A stretch of DNA of 64,000 nt from Cirrosporium novae-zelandiae (lineage: Eukaryota): positions 310,001 through 374,000 of the forward strand of contig JAPETS010000007.1 of the NCBI GenBank assembly GCA_026023565.1. The letters are read 5' to 3'. The position numbers and the translations under genes were made by a program. The notes under the pieces were generated by a model that had not been told where the DNA came from, did no database searches, and worked only from the letters and a program-made list of their open reading frames with translations. Positions 59,745 to 64,000 of the stretch are shown piece by piece; the stretch's first letter is position 1, and each line of letters begins with the position of its first letter.

Positions 59745-61334
59745 ATGGATGAGAAAATGGATTGGCTACCCTCCCCATATTGGGAGTATATGAGCTACAC
59801 GCCAACTCCTGCAATTCCCTTGGCATCTAAATCAAGCTTGGAAAAAGCTCCTTTCGAGATTAAAAGTCATATCTTCAAGTATTTGATGAAAGGTGACTAT
59901 GTACGCCTTCCTTTTGATGATACCCCCAGAAAGGGCACCAACTACCGATTTCACCTCTCGATCTTACAAACAAGTCGGCGTTTATATCTTGACGCACGAT
60001 ACTTTTTGTATCAACACAATAGTTTTGCTATTGTATCTTGCGACGTTTGCCGTATTACAAACGAAGACTTAGAAACGCATGAGGTTGGGATCGTTTCCAG
60101 GAATCACGAACACGTATTGTCGTTTCAATATGCGTCTCTTCTCATGTGTATTAAATGTCGCCATTCTACATATTCCAATGACGCCATACGCAACAGTTCT
60201 TGCTTCCTAATGCTCTCGACCGACTTTGATAGCTTTTCTCGCTGTATTAAGGATATCGACTTAGTTCATCATATCACATGCCCTCGTCACCATAACCCTG
60301 CAGACAATACAAGGCCATTCCTAAGACTTGCATCCTATTTCCCCACATTCAAATTCTGCTTTCTACGTGTACTTGGCGAACCCCCGACTAAGAAGGTACA
60401 AAAATCGTTTTTGGATCCGTTTCTGCAATTCAGGGAATGTGGGCACACGATAGAAGCCAAAGGTTCACTCGACGACGAATATCAACTTGAGAATCTAGCG
60501 AGGGATGGCGAACAGGCCATGACCAGAGTTTGTTGGTTTCGTGCCATGCCGTTCGAATTATTCGATATGGTTCTGGCAATAAAAGAGAAGGCCGACGACG
60601 CGTTCTTACATGGCTCCACCCATTTGGCATTTACAAGGTATCTTAGCTGCCTCCGGTTAATAAAACGTAAACCTAAGATACCATATCACCATCAGCTATT
60701 CTTCAGCTGCCATGCAAATGCCACCTTGCCATTCTTGAAGTTATTTCTAGAAAAGGATTTTAACGTGAATCCCCATAACCAACTCTCCATGATGAGTTTC
60801 TATTTCCTGGAGCATGAATCTTATTACGACCAATACCTACATCCAGATGAAGTTACAACACTGTACATACTTTATGGGCTTGCCCATGGTGCACTGGGTA
60901 GCTTGCGAAGAGCTCAGATATTCATTACCAAGGTATGCCTGAGGGATTTAAACTGTTTCACAGTAACCTTTCTTCAAAAATTCGTAACAGATGGCAGGAG
61001 GACAAAGAACAACATGATGGGAATTTGCGAAAGTTTATTAGGTTATTACATTCCTAAATATCCATTTGCACTCGGGGTGTTGACCCCAATGGTCTGCAAA
61101 ACAATAGCTGTCGAGCGCATAATGCTTTCCCAGCTTAACTACCGAGGAGACCTGTTGGAAACAAGACTGGTGGCACCTGATAATTCAATCATCATGAGCA
61201 AGAGAGAATTGCAAATGTTTGTTGATATGTTTAAAGAGTCTTTGAAAACGCTGTATAGTGAGTTTAGGAAGCAGAACTCGGCAACGTCCATATCAAGGGT
61301 AGGATATTCTCTCTTTGTTTATGGAGAGCGTTGA
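59745..61334 (+). CDS. hypothetical protein (529 aa) with F-box-like N-terminus and a TPR-like helix
   Basis: Long intronless ORF. LEKAPFEIKSHIFKYL and LSILQTSRRLYLDARYFLYQHNSF resemble fungal F-box-like proteins; IKEKADDAFLHGSTHLAFTRYLSCL resembles a TPR. Confidence 0.7.
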   Translation: MDEKMDWLPSPYWEYMSYTPTPAIPLASKSSLEKAPFEIKSHIFKYLMKGDYVRLPFDDTPRKGTNYRFHLSILQTSRRLYLDARYFLYQHNSFAIVSCDVCRITNEDLETHEVGIVSRNHEHVLSFQYASLLMCIKCRHSTYSNDAIRNSSCFLMLSTDFDSFSRCIKDIDLVHHITCPRHHNPADNTRPFLRLASYFPTFKFCFLRVLGEPPTKKVQKSFLDPFLQFRECGHTIEAKGSLDDEYQLENLARDGEQAMTRVCWFRAMPFELFDMVLAIKEKADDAFLHGSTHLAFTRYLSCLRLIKRKPKIPYHHQLFFSCHANATLPFLKLFLEKDFNVNPHNQLSMMSFYFLEHESYYDQYLHPDEVTTLYILYGLAHGALGSLRRAQIFITKVCLRDLNCFTVTFLQKFVTDGRRTKNNMMGICESLLGYYIPKYPFALGVLTPMVCKTIAVERIMLSQLNYRGDLLETRLVAPDNSIIMSKRELQMFVDMFKESLKTLYSEFRKQNSATSISRVGYSLFVYGER

Positions 61335-62279
61335 GTTGTTGAGTGCATCTCTATACCTGGTATCAGTTCTCGGGATGAGCGTTTGCAGAATTTGGTTCAT
61401 ATTCCAACAGGGTGCCTACTACTATGTCATACAAGGGAACAAAATGCCAGTGAGACTGACCCTGTATGTGAAAAGGTTTGTTTGTTGGATATCATTGCGT
61501 GTTATTCCGTTCCGGATAATTCTCCTAGATGCCTACACTGATAATGAAAATGAGTTAATGAGTTTTCGTGCCTGGGTTGTAGTGTTCTCCTTTCGGTGAG
61601 TGGGATCATTTGTTAATTAGTAGTAGTAGTAGAAACAAAAGGTAAGATAGACATAGTGTATTTCTGAATATCTAATCCTTTTGGATTCTCAAATAAATTG
61701 CCTACAAATGAGCAGTGCTTGGGGACAACCTCAGTATATACAGGTGGAATCAATAGGTGAATGATTGACTGGCTTATTAATTAAGAATCAACAATGGCAA
61801 AAAAACTTTCGAGATTAACAATCCTCATAATAACACACACAAATCGGGTCACATCTCCGGACAACAAAAATGCTCTCACTCGTACATTCGCATTTTTTCG
61901 TCGTCCAGAAACAATCCTGATGCCTAAAATTTCGTCTTCTCCTCGCGTTTGACCGACTGCGTTCCAAAGCCGCGTCCACGAATCATATGTCATCTATAGT
62001 CAGCTCTAAGCTGCTTTGAGTAAATATCCCCCTTGAATGCCAATATTTTTTTATCTGATTCTTGAAATCCCATGTCTACATTACAAATCAAAAGCTGGCA
62101 ATGGTTATTCGTGCCAAAGTGATGCATCTTGACTATTCTGTAGAGGAGAAATATATAAGCTCGAAAACGATAACAATTTTTTTTCTATCTACAGCGTTCT
62201 CTATTCGACGCTTTTTCTGGTTTTCTGCGCATCAAAATTCTTTATACGTCTATATATTATACATCTACCATTGACTACA

Positions 62280-63745
62280 ATGGCCTCATCGGATCCTAAA
62301 TATGATATTATCGTTCTAGGTGCAACAGGCTATAGTGCAAGCCTTTGTGCAGAGCACATCACAACTCATTTCTCAACCGATCTTAAATGGGCAGTTGCAG
62401 GTAGGTCTGCGATGAAGCTCGAAGCGCTGGTAGATGAGTTGAAGCGATTGAACCCAGATCGTCGGCAACCTGGTATGTCTCAGCCTCATACACGAGGAGT
62501 GCATTATTATATTGCTTACTTCTGGAAGGAATCGAGGTCATACAGCTCACAAAAGAGGAACTGGAGGGTCTTGTGCGGAAGACTCGAGTGCTTATCAATG
62601 GAATTGGACCATACCATCTCCATTCCAGTCCTGTGGTAGAAGCTTGTGCTAACAATGGCACTCATTACCTCGATTTGTATGCATTCGATTCTGATAGCAT
62701 CCAATTTGTTCTAGTCTAAAAAACTTAGCACCACGGAAACAATGTGGGTCAGCGATATGGTTCAACGATATCACGACAAAGCGAAAGAGACCGGTGCTAT
62801 TGTAAGTGATTCGTATTCGACAATTAAGGATTAGACTAACTCCTGGTGGATTATCCCATCAATTTCACTGGCGAGCTCACCATCTGATATTCTCGCTTTT
62901 CTGGTCGCCTCCTCAATGCGAAAATCTCATCTATCTGGGACATCGGAAGCCATATGCTCAGCCGGAACGAAGTAAGTCTTCCCATTGAGAATATATACCT
63001 CTAACTCACACACCTTTGATACAGACTGCAGGGCATGAGCCGAGGCTCCTTCGAAACTGTCCTTACTGTGATGACCCATTACGGCGTGTTCTGGTTCCTC
63101 AGTGGCAACTCTTGGCGTCTCTCACCCACCCAAAGGCCCGCACATATTACCAGCACTACCTTTCTCTCCCGCCTCCTAGGCTACCGTCGTGTTCCTGAAC
63201 TAGGCATCCTTACAACATTCTTCAATGGCCTCCAAAACGAATCTGTCGTGCACCGTAGCAAAGGCCTGATGCCTGACATCTACGGCCCGCAGTTCTATTA
63301 CCACGAATATCAGCCAGTTGATAGCATGTTCGTAGCCATCGGAACAAATTTTGTCCTTAAGCTCGGCATTTTTCTCCTCATGTTTCCTCCAATCCACTGG
63401 CTCGTGAAAATCCTTTTCAGCTCTTCCCTCCACGCACCAGGGCGAGAATCGAGCCGTAAGGCCGCCGAGGAGGAACGACTCGACTACAGGACAATCGGTA
63501 CAGCATATGAAGGCAAGGGTGAAGAAGCTAGAGCGGAATTTGTTTACAATGGGTCAATGTACTATCTCAGTGGCCTGCTGGGTGCCGAGGCAGCGATGGT
63601 CCTGGTTGGGGAGGACTGTAGGGCTAAGGAGATAGGCGGAGGTGTCTTGACGCCCGCAACATTGGGGTTGCGGTTTGTGGAGCGGTTGAGAAACGCAGGA
63701 GTGGAGATTAATGTTAAAGCTGCGGGGGAGTCGTTCGTTAATTGA
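62280..63745 (+). CDS. saccharopine dehydrogenase-like oxidoreductase (SCCPDH-like), multi-exon
   Basis: YDIIVLGATGYS...WAVAGRS; after intron 62473-62528, VLINGIGPY...VVEACANNGTHYLD; C-terminal GGGVLTPATLG..FVERL. Further short introns occur to ~63025 with boundaries not fully resolved. Confidence 0.88.
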
Positions 63746-64000
63746 AAACGCGTGCAGTCATGTTCGAGCTCTTTGATGCTACATATGGAAAAGTGCTATA
63801 AGAGCTGAGGTTTCGGGGGATAGGTATGGAAGATTTTTGATACTAAGGGTGGGACTTCAAGACCGTATGTATAATCAAGTATATACCTCACCATAGCACG
63901 GGATCGACTCCAATGTAAGAAAAACTTGTTATGTTGATGATATGACAAAAAAAGGACGACCAAAAAGTAGTAATTCAAACCTAGTTCCGATAATTGGATT

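Overview
This is filamentous-ascomycete (Pezizomycotina-type) genomic DNA with short spliceosomal introns. Bases 1-32.1 kb are gene-rich: an M6-type metallopeptidase whose HExxH reads HKTGH, a Zn2Cys6 transcription factor, an ATF-type bZIP factor, a decayed short-chain dehydrogenase absent from the ORF track, a pseudokinase, a DUF3824-like protein, and NUP37 head-to-head with APC1/bimE. Bases ~32.2-59.0 kb form a ~27 kb extremely AT-rich, RIP-like hypermutated retroelement nest. By eye it resolves into three copies of one Tad1-like LINE: one full-length with a 15-bp TSD, one with an apparent twin-priming 5' inversion and an internal 499-bp duplication, and one fused to an ~815-bp tRNA-headed unknown sequence. 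It also holds a 7.2-kb self-priming Ty3/gypsy chromovirus with a possible antisense Zn-cluster ORF, and an unmutated solo LTR. Bases 59.7-63.7 kb carry an F-box-like/TPR-like protein and a saccharopine-dehydrogenase-like oxidoreductase. Best leads: the tRNA-headed element/LINE chimera, the antisense Cys6 ORF, and the CpG-sparing, junction-sparing mutation pattern. All protein assignments are from motif recognition by eye; no searches were run.
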